DNA of 64,000 nucleotides from Callorhinchus milii (GCF_018977255.1 NW_024704953.1:1-64000), one strand, 5' to 3'. Shown: positions 36,301-49,216, counted from the stretch's first letter. Translations and numbers: made by a program. Notes: generated by a model not told the origin, from the sequence alone.

Positions 36301-36660
36301 GATGTAATATTGTGAATAATTTTCAGATGTTTTCAGCGCTAAAGTAACGCAAACACCGTCTCCTGTTTGGAGAGAAGAATGCGACTCTTTAACCATCAAC
36401 TGTGTCTTCTCAGCAAGTTATCAAAGCGAATTCAAAAGTATGGAGTTTTATAGGCGGTTTCCAAATGAAAGAGATTGGAAACCCATCCTCGTGAAGGACG
36501 GTTTGTTGTGAAGACAGACAAGGGATCGTGGTCCTCTTCTCTGGAAATTAATGACTTGCAAGTTGAAGACAGCGCTGATTATTACTGTAGAGCTCGATAT
36601 TACTGGGATACCACAATGCCGTATCTGGGCTTCCAACAATACAAAAAGCCCCGTCACCAA
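33370..36660 (+). repeat. Right arm of the inverted segmental duplication (partner ~14880-18200)
   Basis: Reverse-complement match starts at ~33373 (ttttacatataaacgaaaagttcttgcaaagac = rc of 18165-18197). Weaker homology continues to ~41.5 kb versus ~10.0 kb. Confidence 0.9.
35898..36611 (+). pseudogene. NAR-TCR V gene, cassette B (1-nt frameshift)
   Basis: Leader 35898-35940; V exon 36327-36611. CCCATCCTCGT versus CCCATCCCTCGT in cassettes A and C shifts the frame to a stop. RSS CACAATG-22-ACAAAAAGC is intact. Confidence 0.82.
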
Positions 36661-37002
36661 CTCACAGGAAAAACACAGAGAATGTGAACTTGCCGATTAG
36701 TTCAGTGCATGTTCCTCATTCGTGTGTGATGTGCAGCTATGTTTAAGAATACTTCCTTTAAGCAGCGACAATCAGTTAGGAATACTTAGGAAAAGTGAGT
36801 GTGTATCAATCTGAAGTTACTACGTTGTTTGGATTCATATACCTTATAAATTATTGCAAGGGACAGACGGCATGCAAATTTACTGAGAAAATATTCAAAA
36901 GAATTTTACACGTTATGTGATTAATTGATCATTTATAAATAGCCGAAATCATTTGAATTGTTTTGCAAAACCTGTGTTTTTGTGTTCTTATTAAACACTG
37001 TG

Positions 37003-37017
37003 CTTGACTGGGGAAGC
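37003..37017 (+). other. NAR-TCR D segment, cassette B (12-D-12)
   Basis: TGTTTTTGT-12-CACTGTG [CTTGACTGGGGAAGC] CACATTG-12-ACAATTACC. Confidence 0.9.
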
Positions 37018-37400
37018 CACATTGGAAAACATCAGCACAATTACCGCAATGCTAATTTTCACGGAAATACATGAGACGTGATCATTGCTAACATTGTCCT
37101 GTTTTGTGCTCCAGAAAGTATCGAAAGTTAGCTTTCAATATTAATTATTTCCACATATTTTGTAGAATTATTTGCAGAAAGATGTTCTTCGGTCTTTGCG
37201 CTTTGACTGTGTTTATGTGGAAAACTTACTGAAAATAAGCATGATTTGGACAAAGGAATACTATACAAATGGGACTGTGTGGTATAAGTATAGGAATTTA
37301 TTAACAATTTGTCTGCATTTGCTTGTTTTGGTGCCAGGATTAAACCATGACTCGATGGAACAGTTTTTGCACCTTGTAGAGTCAGAGCTGTGTTACTGTG

Positions 37401-37456
37401 TTATTATAAGGAATATACAGAAGATGGATCAGGAACCAAAGTAACTGTAACGAAAA
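37401..37456 (+). other. NAR-TCR J segment, cassette B
   Basis: AGTTTTTGC-23-TACTGTG; YYKEYTEDGSGTKVTVTK+A, then GTAAGT. Confidence 0.9.
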
Positions 37457-38699
37457 GTAAGTGCGAAACATTTCTAACGAATTAACATAAAAGTTTATTC
37501 ACGTGAGTTTGTCAAAAAACATTATTCTAACCGAATACTACATCAAGGTTTGTTTCTCAAATGACCAACTTTTATTTCCATGTTTTGAAAGTCACTGATT
37601 TGGATTGCATAGTAGTTCCAAAGGAACATGACCAGAGTAAATTGATATTAATTGGGTAATGAATTTGTACTTGAGCTGGGTAAAATGATGTATTATCATC
37701 AATAACCTCCTCTGTTCTCCCGAAAAGTGGGGTCTAAATTTCTGAATCAAGTTCATCCACCTGAAACGTTAACACACTTTCCTCTCTCCATATTCGCTGA
37801 GAGATCCCAGGTAACTCTGCTTTATTCTACACCAACAAGCAAGTCAATATGCAAGCCTGCAAAAACACTGCATGTTGCGAAAATGTAAGCCATGACATTT
37901 GAAGAAAGAATGAAAAAAGAATTAGACAGAAAGAGGGACAGAAAGAAAGAAAGAGGGACAGAACGAAAGAAAGAAAGTCCTAAAGAAANNNNNNNNNNNN
38001 NNNNNNNNNNNNNNNNNNNNNNNNNNNNNNNNNNNNNNNNNNNNNNNNNNNNNNNNNNNNNNNNNNNNNNNNNNNNNNNNNNNNNNNNNNNNNNNNNNNN
38101 NNNNNNNNNNNNNNNNNNNNNNNNNNNNNNNNNNNNNNNNNNNNNNNNNNNNNNNNNNNNNNNNNNNNNNNNNNNNNNNNNNNNNNNNNNNNNNNNNNNN
38201 NNNNNNNNNNNNNNNNNNNNNNNNNNNNNNNNNNNNNNNNNNNNNNNNNNNNNNNNNNNNNNNNNNNNNNNNNNNNNNNNNNNNNNNNNNNNNNNNACAA
38301 AAAGCAAGAAAGGAAGCAACACATAAAGTGAGAGAGAGAGAGAAAGCACTTTGCTTCTGGCACAAGTGAAACTGCAATGAGCAGCCCACAGACTGAGAGG
38401 GAAACTGATATTGGCAACAAACCAGAGAATAAATCTCCTCAGCAGCGATGTTAAAGTAACGATATTTACAGCAGAGAAGCTTTCCATTTGCTTCAACTGT
38501 AAACGCGCTGAAGTTAACGGTACAACCTGACACCTGATTCTCTGCTAAACATTCCCTGATCGGAGACACTCAAAGCCTCAATGTCGACAAACCGCAACAG
38601 CAAACAAATATAAGATTAGAGAAACAAACCTTAATTAAACGGTTCATTTATGAGAGATCATATCAATGGTATACAGTCATAGAAATAAGGTTTGCGTCT

Positions 38700-39320
38700 G
38701 CAATAAAACATGGCTCAGCGACAAGAAATGCCTATTTTAATACATCCCATTGCTCCTTCCACTGTTGATGTAACATTAATCCCTACATTTATCTTTGTAC
38801 CTTTCACGGACACATGCGTGAAGGCCTTGGACAGGGTGCAAAGGCCATTTAGCAAAATGATACCAAGACAGAGGGAATTAGTTTGTATGAAGAATCTGGC
38901 AATCTTCTCCTGAGAGCATCGAAGGTTTAGCGGAGATTTAGATGAAGTGTTCAGAGCTGTGAGTGTTTTTGATAGAGCAGAGAAGGATAACATGCTTCCA
39001 CTGGCAAGTGGTTCTGTCACCAATGAACCCAAATGTATGATAAGTGGTAAAAGAACAAGAGGGGAGAGCAGAAGGATTTATTTTCACAGAAAATTCCTAT
39101 TGAATGCAATGTGCTGCCTCAACGGGTGGTGGAAACAGATTCGAAAGATAATTTCAGTATGGAATTGGCTGGATGCATCAACAGGAATTATAAAGTTCTA
39201 TGTGTTCATTGCGAGAGAGTGGGATTATATTGGTTGGCTCTTTTCAAAGCTCTTTTCACAGACACGATGGGCTGAATGGCCTCTTTTTGTGCTGAAAGAT
39301 TCAATGATTCCATGACTCTA
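38700..39320 (+). mobile_element. CR1 LINE 3' end abutting the supporting V B acceptor
   Basis: KALDRVQRPFSKMIPRQRELVCMKNLAIFS*EHRRFSGDLDEVFRAV (CR1 ORF2 end). The 3' tail gattcaatgattccatgactcta ends 26 nt before exon start 39347. Confidence 0.85.
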
Positions 39321-39346
39321 AGTAAACTGTAATTTGCGTCCCGCAG

Positions 39347-39648
39347 GATCCAGTTATACAGTTTCCCAGTCACCGCCTGAACAAACTGCTTTTGCTGGTG
39401 AGAGGATAAATTTACATTGCCAATATTCAGGATACTGTGGACAGGATTTCAGCGTCTCCTGGTACCTTCAGTCCCCTGGCGAGGGAATGAAATACCTGCT
39501 CCACAGAAAACCCTCAGGATAGGGAGGAAACCTCACTGGAGATCATATTTCTGTATCTCTTGACACTGCCAAGAAAATCAGCTTTTTATCCATCGCCGAC
39601 TTGCGGCTGACAGACTCCGCTATGTATAACTGTGCACTCAGTCTGCAC
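39347..39648 (+). pseudogene. TRDV: Leaderless supporting TCR-delta V, cassette B (nonsense codon)
   Basis: GSSYTVSQSPPEQ…HCQYSGYCGQDFSVSWYLQ…HRKPSG*; TAG at 39520-39522 where paralogs have GAG (A, C) or GTG (D). RSS CACAGTG-23-ACAATAACC is intact. Confidence 0.88.
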
Positions 39649-40376
39649 CACAGTGATACACATCATAGGAAACCTCGTACAATAACCCTCATCACAACCA
39701 AAGCTGGAAAACAACACAGTACAGTTAGTGACAGACAGCGTTACAAACCCTCTCCCAACTGCCAACTGTCATGACTCAACTGTGCAGCGCCTTGGGACGT
39801 CCGCCTGACGTGAAAGGCGCTTTATAAATGGAATCTTGTTGTTGTTGTTGTTGTAGCTTAAACCTCATTGAGCTCATATGAATTCATTTAAAATATGTTA
39901 TAATTTTTTTAATGTATATTTGATATATCTTTCATCAAGAGATACCAGATCCAGATGAATGTTTTTGGAAGTTAGGCACTGTAGCTTAGAACGTATTGAT
40001 TATTTACTTACTGTACATTTGGATTGTCTATCGCTCACAGATAGCAAATTGTGATAAATATTTGTTGGCAGTAAGACATATTGTGAATCATAATAAAACA
40101 TAATACAGATTTAATAATTTGCGTTCGTGCCTTAACACGTCATTGAGACGTCTCATGGCGCTTAAGAGAAGATACTGTTAACTTAATTGATCGTATATTT
40201 TGCAGTAATATCGCCGCAGCCAAATTCGGAGTTTGTTAGAGTGAAAGAGGAGTTACGGAATTCTGTAGAATTACGGTCGGTAAAATAATAATATAATCCA
40301 AATGTCAACAATTAAAAAANCATATGACAATAATTTTCACACAGAGTTTTTGTGAAGTGATATTTTTCTGTCAGTG

Positions 40377-40600
40377 GAGCCCTGTGCCTCAGTGGTTGGG
40401 TAACTGGCCTCGCAAGCGAGAGGACCTGGGTTCGAAACCCAGGCTGGAAGAAATGTTGGGCAAGTTTCCTTAATCCACACATACATCTGTTTTCTTGGCA
40501 GTGAGTAGGAACCTGTTTGTTAATCGATTGGTGGATCAGTTTTGCGAGACAGTAACCCCTGCATTAAACTGTCTGGTAATATTACTAATTATTCCTTGCA
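40377..40600 (+). mobile_element. tRNA-derived SINE
   Basis: ggagccctgtgcctcagtggttggg…gggttcgaaaccc head; positional paralog of the SINE at 11.0-11.16 kb. Confidence 0.7.
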
Positions 40601-40769
40601 TTTAATATAGAGGTTTTCACTGATAGGTTAAATAATAATTGCTTGGTCACTCAATACACGACTCTCCGTGGGACACTGCTGTGCGTTCCTGTAGAAACCC
40701 ATCGCTCCATCAAATGCAATGATTATTATTATGTAGCTTACAGCAGATGAATTCTCGATAATCCTTTAT

Positions 40770-41049
40770 TCCAATTCACAATGGAAATGTCTGTTACTGA
40801 ATGCCAGACTGTAACCCTGAGCTGAACATAATCTGCTAATTTCAACAATGTTTTAATGTCCTGATGGAGTCAGTATCCAAGGGAGCCTCATCTGTACACG
40901 CGGAGACATGATGATGATGGGGACACTTTCTGTGCTGAGTATGCAACACAACATTTAACGCCAAACCTGGACACGAGTAGCAAGAGATCCATTGTGTTTA
41001 AGCTCCCCGTGGCTCTATCTAACACCAAGCATTACCCTTTCATAACACA
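40770..41049 (+). pseudogene. TCR V pseudogene with 23-RSS downstream of supporting V B
   Basis: MEMSVTECQTVTLS* remnant; ends at CACAGTG (41050-41056), 23 nt, CCAAAACCT. Confidence 0.7.
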
Positions 41050-42602
41050 CACAGTGTTACTGTTAGGCTACACCACTGTCCAAAAACCTCCAAAGAGGAA
41101 AGAGGGTTGCATCTCAGCACAGATCTTATTCCTGTCACTTAGCCTGTTTGAGAGTTTGTGACTTTGCTGCTGTATCTCTAAACAGGATACACGTGAGTAA
41201 TTGCCAACCGCAAGCAAAATGTGATAGTATGGCTCATGCAGTGAAAGAGTGAAAGAAATAATAATTATCCTTACATATAATATAGCGTCTTATCAGGTGT
41301 TTCAGGCTTCTCAAAGCGCTATACAGGACACCCTCTGACGTGAATTAATTGTGAGTTGACTTAGAGTTACAGTCACGACTCTTCAAATTATATCATGCGC
41401 AACAATCTGAGATTTCCCACTTTCTCAATATCTTTGTACCTTTGGCCACATAGTTTCAGGTCGTTGGAGTCAGTGAAGGTTAAATATTAAAAATAATAAT
41501 AACAATCCTTGCATTTGATATAGCGCTTTTCACGTCGGGAGGACGACCCAACGCTCTTCACAGAACAAACTGTAAAGTGAATTGACTGTATATTTGTGGG
41601 CGAAAGCGGCAGCCAATTGCGTACAGCAATGTTCCACAAACAGTCGTAGTTTGAAAATGACCGATTTATTATTATTCTGTTTTTTTGGATGGATTAATAT
41701 TAGGCGTGTGGAGTAAAGAAACTTGTCCAAGGTTTCGCCCTGACCTGCCTGGAGTTGATCTCAGGTCTACCAGTTCAGCTAAACGTAAAATATATCATGG
41801 ATATTCGAAAAGTTAATTTTAATTATTCGTTTCCTTTTCGAGTAGAAACAACAACAATGGCTGCCATGAACAAGGTTCTGAAGAATTATCGGTGCATCGC
41901 TGGATAAGTTTATATCAATACTTCTTGCGAAACAACTTGCCAATTCATCACCTTTACGTAATGGTGATCCTTCCAATACTGCTCGTTCAATTGCTCTTTG
42001 ATTTATGGGTGTCTCAGCAAATGTGTAAACCACTCACCCTTCTTAAGAGTATCCAAACGAAGCTGAGTTTTCCATAATCCCATCTATGCATCGAAATCCC
42101 AGAGTTATTTTATTGGAATGTACTGCAAAATCTCTCCCTGGAGGAACACATCCAACGTACCTAATTCTGTAGATTATTAGCCACAGTTGGAAAGAGCGGA
42201 ATATTTGGGGCAATCCGAGTTCGGTTCGGTTATCCGCTTGAGTCTAATCAGCTAAAACCATTAAGCTTCCATTGATACTGTTGCCTGGAAAGCTTTCCCG
42301 CTGTTTGTCCAGCTGGGACCGCTCTTCGCGTTCGGGTTTGACTTTCAGGGTTATCAATTGCTGAGGAAGAGGATTCCCGTTACTGTAATGGCTTCAAGGA
42401 TTAAAATACGCTGAGTGAGAGAATTCGCTGCCCCCAGTGGTTGGTGAAAATCGCTGTATAAAAGCAATTGGCTGTTGTATTGAAACGCGGCTGAGATGCC
42501 AATGAGGTGACGTGAGACTGTGGCTCTGCCAATGCCGACAATAACTGCGAGTTATCAGGAAACTGATGCCACAGACACAGCCACACAGACTGAAGAAGAG
42601 TA

Positions 42603-43217
42603 ATGAGGCTGTTTGATGTCTATCTAGTGCTGGGAAACTTTATGTCAGGTGAGGCCGTGTTGAGCTAATTCAGTTTTGGTGATGATGGTCAGCACTTTTT
42701 CAGCAACAATTGGTGGACGGTAACTTGCAGTTCAGTGGTTAACTGTAGCAGTGTATCTGCTGTGTAAAATATATTGACTATTTTATAGACAAATGAAATA
42801 TGTGTAGCGCCTTTCTCATCGGGATGACGGCCCAAGTCGTTCAAAATAATAATTGAGAAAAATAGTGGGTAACAAATTTCCGTTTTCTTCCATGTTTATT
42901 ACAGAACGCTGTGATGGGGACACTGTCAGTCAGAAACTTCCCCAGATAGTAAGGAATGAAAGAGAAACTGCGACTTTTGAATGTACCTTTTCCACAACTG
43001 GAAGCCACTACCATCTATTATGGTACCGATATAATCGAGAAAAGCATCCAGAGTTTATAGTTGTAAGATATTCTTGGAAAAACAATCAAGACAGAGGAAA
43101 GGGATTTGGTGATCGTTTCTCTGCACAGCTGTACAAATCTAGTTCCTTCACCAGTTTATCCATCTCTGAGCTGGTGGTGTCTGACAGCGCTGTGTATTAC
43201 TGTGCCTTTAATCCCAC
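42603..43217 (+). CDS. TCR alpha/delta V gene (family 1), apparently functional, inverted orientation
   Basis: Leader 42603-42648 MRLFDVYLVLGNFMS+G/GTGAGG. V exon 42905-43217 ERCDGDTVSQKLP…FECTFS…WYRYN…DSAVYYCAFNP. RSS CACAGTG-23-ACAAAAACT. Confidence 0.9.
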
Positions 43218-43698
43218 CACAGTGATAGACTGCAATGGAAATCTCGTACAAAAACTGCCTTCACTTTGTACATAGGAATGATCTGTCTGCTGAAGTGTGT
43301 GTGGAAGCTTGGTCAGGCCTTGAGGCCCTGCGGGGAGCAAACACGGCTGTAGTCAGACTCAAAGGAAACCACATTCACCTCACATCAACTTGTCAGCTAA
43401 ACGTTTATATCATTATCTGGCACAATAAATGCAGACAACAATTAATGACCGAGTTGGCGTTCCAGGACCAGTTGCTCTTGGTTTACTTCAGTTTGCAAAT
43501 AAAATGAAAGTCAAACCTGTTTTTGTTTTGTTTTTTGTTAATTTGCACGGAGCCGTGTGGCGGAGTCGGAACAACACTCGTCCTACAAACGAGAGGACCC
43601 TGGTTCAATTCCGGGCCGTGTGAAACCTTAGGCAAGTTTCCTTACTCCACACACAGACCGCTGTTTACCTAGCAGCGATAAACGACCCGGGTGTAGAT

Positions 43699-43737
43699 GA
43701 CAGTGATAGACTGCACTGCTTGTCTCGTAAAAAAACT
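43699..43737 (+). other. Orphan, probably dead family-1 23-RSS with no V coding sequence
   Basis: GACAGTG-23-AAAAAAACT plus a downstream flank homologous to 43218-43450; the upstream sequence is SINE rather than V. Confidence 0.65.
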
Positions 43738-44334
43738 GCCTTCACTTTTCTAGAGAGGCAAACTCCGTCATTTTAACTGTGTGCAGAACCTTGGTCAGGC
43801 CTTCAAGCTATACGTCGAGCAGATACGTCTGTAGCCAGACTCAGAGGAAAACACATTCACCTCACGTCAGCTTGTCAGGTAAACGTTCAGATCATTACCT
43901 GTCGCAATAAACGCAGACAACAATTAATGAATGCGTTCGGCATTAGTCCAGTTTCTCTTGAATTGTTTCAGTTTGCAACGTGGAGTATTGTGTCTGAGGG
44001 TTAAAGCATTCGCCTTGCAATCGAGACACATGGATTCAATTCCCGGCAAGCCGTAACCTTGGGCAAGTTTCCTTGCTGCACACGAATGATAAAAATCCCA
44101 CCTAAACAATAACAACACTAAATAGGAAATTTTCAATCCACGACTGTTTGTGGGACACTGCTGTTCGCAATTGGCTGCCGAATTTCGTCCACAAATGTAT
44201 GATCAATTCACTTTAGAGCATATTCTGGAAGCGCTTTGAGACGTCTTGAAGACGTGAAAAGCGCTATATGAAATGCAAGGCTTATTATTATTATTATTAC
44301 TTAGTGCGTGGGAGGCGGAGCATCAATACCTCTG

Positions 44335-44420
44335 CCGTCTCAGTGACTGACAGCGGGGTATGTTACTCTACTCCGAGCCTCAGGTGATATAAGCCACTGG
44401 ATACCACAACACATTGTAAA
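44335..44420 (+). pseudogene. V 3'-end relic (paralog of the 8.7 kb relic)
   Basis: gtctcagtgactgacagcggggtatgttactctactccgagcctcaggtgatataagccactgg aligns with the reverse complement of 8700-8765. Confidence 0.5.
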
Positions 44421-44486
44421 TTTCGTCATGGCTTTATGTCAAATTCTGCTTAAAACATGAAGCATATCTGTACTGTTACATGTTGG

Positions 44487-44500
44487 CCAATAGAGGGCGA
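44487..44500 (+). promoter_or_regulatory. Candidate CTCF-binding motif (paralog of 8600-8613)
   Basis: CCAATAGAGGGCGA, 12/14 match to the core, in a flank homologous to the 8.6 kb site. Confidence 0.35.
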
Positions 44501-45815
44501 CAAGCTACTGTTATTTTCCAACTCATCAAGACGCTAAAATTTCAGGCCATCTGAATCAGCGGCTTTATCAATTGAATCTTTAATTAAAATGGCGGTGCAG
44601 AGTCATTTATATTTGAATTCGAGAGAATTTGGAAGAGAAAAGTACGTTCGTCCTTCGGATGAGATTGGTCGCCTTTCCGAGCGTAGTATATCATTAAATA
44701 AAACAATGTAGTCAACTAATGCACAACTGTTTGTGAAACTACTCTGGTCAATTGGCAGCCGGGTTTCTGCCACAATATATAGAGACAATTCACTTCGAAG
44801 CGTATTCCATGAAGAGCTTGGAGATGTCTCGATTTCTCAACGGAACACTGTCACAAATGCAAGGATTATTAATATCGTTACTATTAGACTGAGGTCTGGT
44901 CTGCCTGTTCAGCTCAACGTTAAAGATTGGCCTGCACTCAGGCAGACAGGCAGACAGACAGAGAGAGAGAGAGACAGAGAGAAAGAAAGACAGACAGACT
45001 GACTGACAGATAGAGAGAAAGACAGAGAGACAGACAGTCGGACAGACAGACAGACAGACAGACGGACAGAGAAGCTGAATGCCAGAGACAAAGATCAATA
45101 ATAATAATTCTGATGAATGCTGCACCTTATGTCTTTGTGACGTCTTAAAGCACTTCACAGGAAATAGTGTATACTAAGCATCCTTATGACTTCATCTTCT
45201 TCCCCGCTATGCGCCATACAGCCCCTCCATTCCTGTATCACCCTCTCTAATACCCAGGGCTCTTACAAATGCCCCAAACCTATAATCGTTTACCGCAATA
45301 ACTCCCTCTTACCCCCAAACACTCACATGACACAAACTCCCCGCTGCTTTGACCGGCATCCACAAACCAGCTGCTGGTCACTGTAATAAAACTCACTCCA
45401 AGTCAATGGTGTGTTAGTTGCTTCTTTATGTGTCTTTCCCAACTCTCAGTAAAGCCCCTCTCAACATCACACAGCCTTTGTCCCAATCCGAGCGTCTGCT
45501 TATAATTCCTCCCATTGGCTCCTCGCTATTTGTCCATTTAATCCTAATTGAGTGGTGAAAAGTCACCCCCAAAAGCCACCCCTCTTCTGCTCCCAGTTCT
45601 CGTGCACAGTCAGTCAGTAGCTTTCCTAATGTATGCTCTTCCACTCCACCTCCAAACCAACCACCGCCAATCCCTCAAAGCTGCTGACACCAGCCACGAT
45701 GTGACGCTGTTGAACACAAATAAACCGAGTCTCCAACGCTCTTACCCTCAGCCCTGTGTTACTCACAGTCACTCTCAGTTGTTCGGGGCTGACGCTATCT
45801 CCCATCGGTGAGAGA

Positions 45816-46538
45816 ATGTCTCTCATCTGTGTATCCATCTCCTTCCTCTTCTTACAATGTAAGTGTTTACATTACACAGCACCAGTGGATGTCATCATTA
45901 CAATATGCGATAAATTCTTAATAATAATAATCCTTGAATTTGATATATCGCATATCGACGTCGAAGAGCCGCCACAACGCGCTTCAAGTTATATATTGTA
46001 AAATGAATTAAGTATATTTTTTGTGGTCGAAACTTGGCAGCCGTTTGGTGTAAAATGTATTATGATAGCCTGATTTAATCATTTATAAAATTATTTTTGT
46101 GAATTGATATTATGCCTATATTATACGTCATGGTTAGATTATATCAATTGATATCAACTAAGACAAGCTAAGGAAGGGATGCAATTTTATGAGAACTGGT
46201 CAGTGTTGAAGATCTTTTTAACTAATGTCATGTTATGTATAATTTTCAGATGTTTACAGTGCATCAGTAAAGCAGACGCCATCGTCTGTTAGGAAACAAG
46301 AATGCGAGTCTTCAACCATCACATGTGTCTACAAAGCGGGATATGATGACCGTTTCAACAGCATGGACTATTTTAGGCATTTTCGAAACGAGGAACATTG
46401 GAAGCCCATCCCTCGTGGTGGTCGGTTTCTTGTAAAGACAGACAAGCAATCGAAGACGTCTTCTCTAGAAATTAATGAATTGCAGGTTGAAGACAGCGCT
46501 GATTATTATTGTAGAGCTCGATACGAGTATTGGTATTC
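45816..46538 (+). CDS. NAR-TCR V gene, cassette C (IgNAR-like V, open)
   Basis: Leader 45816-45858. V exon 46250-46538 YVYSASVKQTPSSVRKQECESSTITCVYKAGYDDRFNSMDYFRHFRNEEHWKPIPRGGRFLVKTDKQSKTSSLEINELQVEDSADYYCRARYEYWY. RSS CACAATG-22-ACAGAAACC. Confidence 0.92.
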
Positions 46539-46927
46539 CACAATGCTGTATCTGGGCTTCCGACAAGACAGAAACCCTCTCACCAACTCACAGGAAAAAA
46601 ACAGGGAATGTGAATTTTTCATTTGACTTAAAGCACCTTCCTGATTCATGTGTGATGAGCTATGATGTTCAATAACACTTCGGTCGAGAAGCAATCATTA
46701 TTTATTAATAGTTAGCAAAAGATAGTGTGTATGATTTGACATTGGTAGTTCGCTTCGTTTATAAATAGATAACTATTTAATCATAACAGACTGGTGGATT
46801 GCCAAGTTCCACTTGGAAAATATTCATAAAATGTTACACTGTACGTGTATGATTGATCTTTTGAAAGGAAGAAATAATTTAAATTGTTTCGCAAACCAGG
46901 TATTTTGCATTGACATTAGATACCGTG

Positions 46928-46944
46928 GCGGTATATTCGGAAGC
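46928..46944 (+). other. NAR-TCR D segment, cassette C (12-D-12)
   Basis: GTATTTTGC-12-TACCGTG [GCGGTATATTCGGAAGC] CACGTTG-12-ACAAATACA. Heptamers are non-consensus but retain the critical CAC/GTG. Confidence 0.8.
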
Positions 46945-47315
46945 CACGTTGGTATACATAAGTACAAATACAGTTTCACTATTTTCATCGTAAAACATTG
47001 GATGTGAATACTGATTAGTGCTTCCTGTTTCCATTTTGTTCAATTTGTCGAATTTTGGATCCCAAGTTAATTATTTCAACCAGAAATTTCGGGAGTTATT
47101 TAAAGAAAGAGTTTCTCTTTGCCAGGCACTTTTATTGTGTTTCTGTGGAAATATTATTGAAAGTAAACATGACTTGGCAAAAGAAGAGTACGGAGAAGTG
47201 ACAGCGGAGGAGACATACGAATTAATGATCAATTTGTCAGCATTTAGTTGTTTTTATGCCTGTGTTAAAGTTATGATGTTTTTGGACATTGTGGAGTGAG
47301 AGCTGAATGACTGTG

Positions 47316-47373
47316 GTACAATGGAGAACTGAAACGAAAGATGGATCAGGAACCAAAGTAACAGTAACTGAAC
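47316..47373 (+). other. NAR-TCR J segment, cassette C
   Basis: TGTTTTTGG-23-GACTGTG; VQWRTETKDGSGTKVTVTE+C, then GTGAGT. Confidence 0.88.
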
Positions 47374-48639
47374 GTGAGTGAGAATAACTTCTATTGATTT
47401 AAAACAAAACTTTATTTAGATGAATTACTAAAACGCATTATTCGAACTAGTTGCTCCCAATTATCTGCAACTTTGCTATTTACAACTGTTCTATTGAAGC
47501 AATCCACTTGACCAATCGTGAAAAAGCTATATGTTTTTGATGTGGAAAAAAATAATCAGATTCCACTACGAAGCTTTTGTTCCCAATTGACTTGCTTTTC
47601 TTTTTGTTTTACGCAAAGTCGCTGATATTCTCTGGACAGTAGTTGCAAAGGACAATGCCCAGATGACCAATTTCGTTTAAATTCGGGTAATCAATTTATG
47701 GAGCCTGTGTCGGATATAAATCTTGTCCCTATTCTCCTCTGTTCTCCAGAGCGAAAGGAGATGGCGCAATCCTCGGAGATGAATTCGCTCCAATGTTACA
47801 TGAGTTGGGCTGGCAGACCAGTCACTGGGGGCAGTGTCCCAAACCAATCAGCTTCCATACTCCTGCAAGGAAATGTGCAACATAAGGTCGGACATTCCAA
47901 GCCGGACAAGCAGCGGGTTAGATTGCCAGACAAAGTTTTCCATAGCAAGTTTGGCAGAATGCGTCCCTAGTCGGAAGATTGTGTGATTTTTTTGAAGCAG
48001 ACACATTGTCAGGTTGGCACAGAATTCAGGCCCTGCAGTTGAAGATGGAGCAAACAGTGTGGCGTGGGTGGGGTGGTTGTGCGGGAGCAAGAAAGTCAGA
48101 AAGCAACAAGGAAATAAAGAAACAGAAAGACAGAGAAAGACAGACTGCACCTTACTTCACACAACAGTGCAATGAGACTGCTCCTGAAAGAAAGCAATTC
48201 ATTGAAAGAACGACAGAATGATGAAAAGATTAAAATATAAAACGGTGAGAAAGAAATAGAGAGAGAAAGAGAGGGAGAGACAAAAACCACTTTGCTTCTG
48301 GCACTTGTGAAACTGAATTGAGATGTTCACAGACTCAGAGCAACTGATATTGACAACAAGCCAGAGACTAAAGCTTCTCCAGCGGCGATGTTAAAGTAAC
48401 GACATTTACAGCAGTGAAAATTTCCATTTGTCTCAACTTTAAACCCTCTGATTTAACGCTACAAACTGCCAACTGATTCTCTGCCAAACATTCCCATGAT
48501 CAAAGACACCCAAAGCCTCAATGTGGACAATCCTCTACAGCAAACAAACATAAGATAAGAAAAACAAAGCTTAGTTAAACGGCTGATTTATTATATTTTA
48601 TCTATTCTGCCATAAAAATAGCTACACGGTTTGTGTCTG

Positions 48640-49216
48640 CACTAAAGTTTGCCTCGCTTGGAAGTGCTCTGTACTTTATGGCATTCAACTGCGCTCTCCC
48701 ATTGTTATTACAAGAATCCTTACATTTGGCATAAAACCTTTCGCGGGCACAAAAGGATGGATCTCCAGGCCTTGGGCAGGGAGGAAGAAAGATTTACCAA
48801 AGTGCTACCAGGGAAGAAGGGATTCATGTACATGAAGAAACCAATTCTGAAAATATTCTCCTAAGAGCAGCGAACATTTAGTGGTGATTTATTGAAAGCA
48901 TTCAAAATTGTGAGAGTACTTTTTTGTAGCAGATCAGAAGAAGCTGTTTGCCCAGTCCAGTTGGTCATAACCACGAAACAGTAATTTAAGAATTAGTAAA
49001 AGAACCAGCGGTGAGATGAATTAATTTCCACCGAAATGTGTTATTGCATGCAATGCAATGTCTGAATGGGTGGTGGAAACAGTTTCGATAATAAACTTCA
49101 GCGGGGGAGTGGGATTCAATTGGATCGCTCCTTACAAAGGAGGTTCATTGAGCATAGGCACAATGGGGCGAATGGCCTCCTTCTGTTTTGCAAGATTCAG
49201 TTGTACCATGATTCTA
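48640..49216 (+). mobile_element. CR1 LINE 3' end abutting the supporting V C acceptor
   Basis: MDLQALGREEERFTKVLPGKKGF… motif; the tail ends gattcta 25 nt before exon start 49242. Confidence 0.75.
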
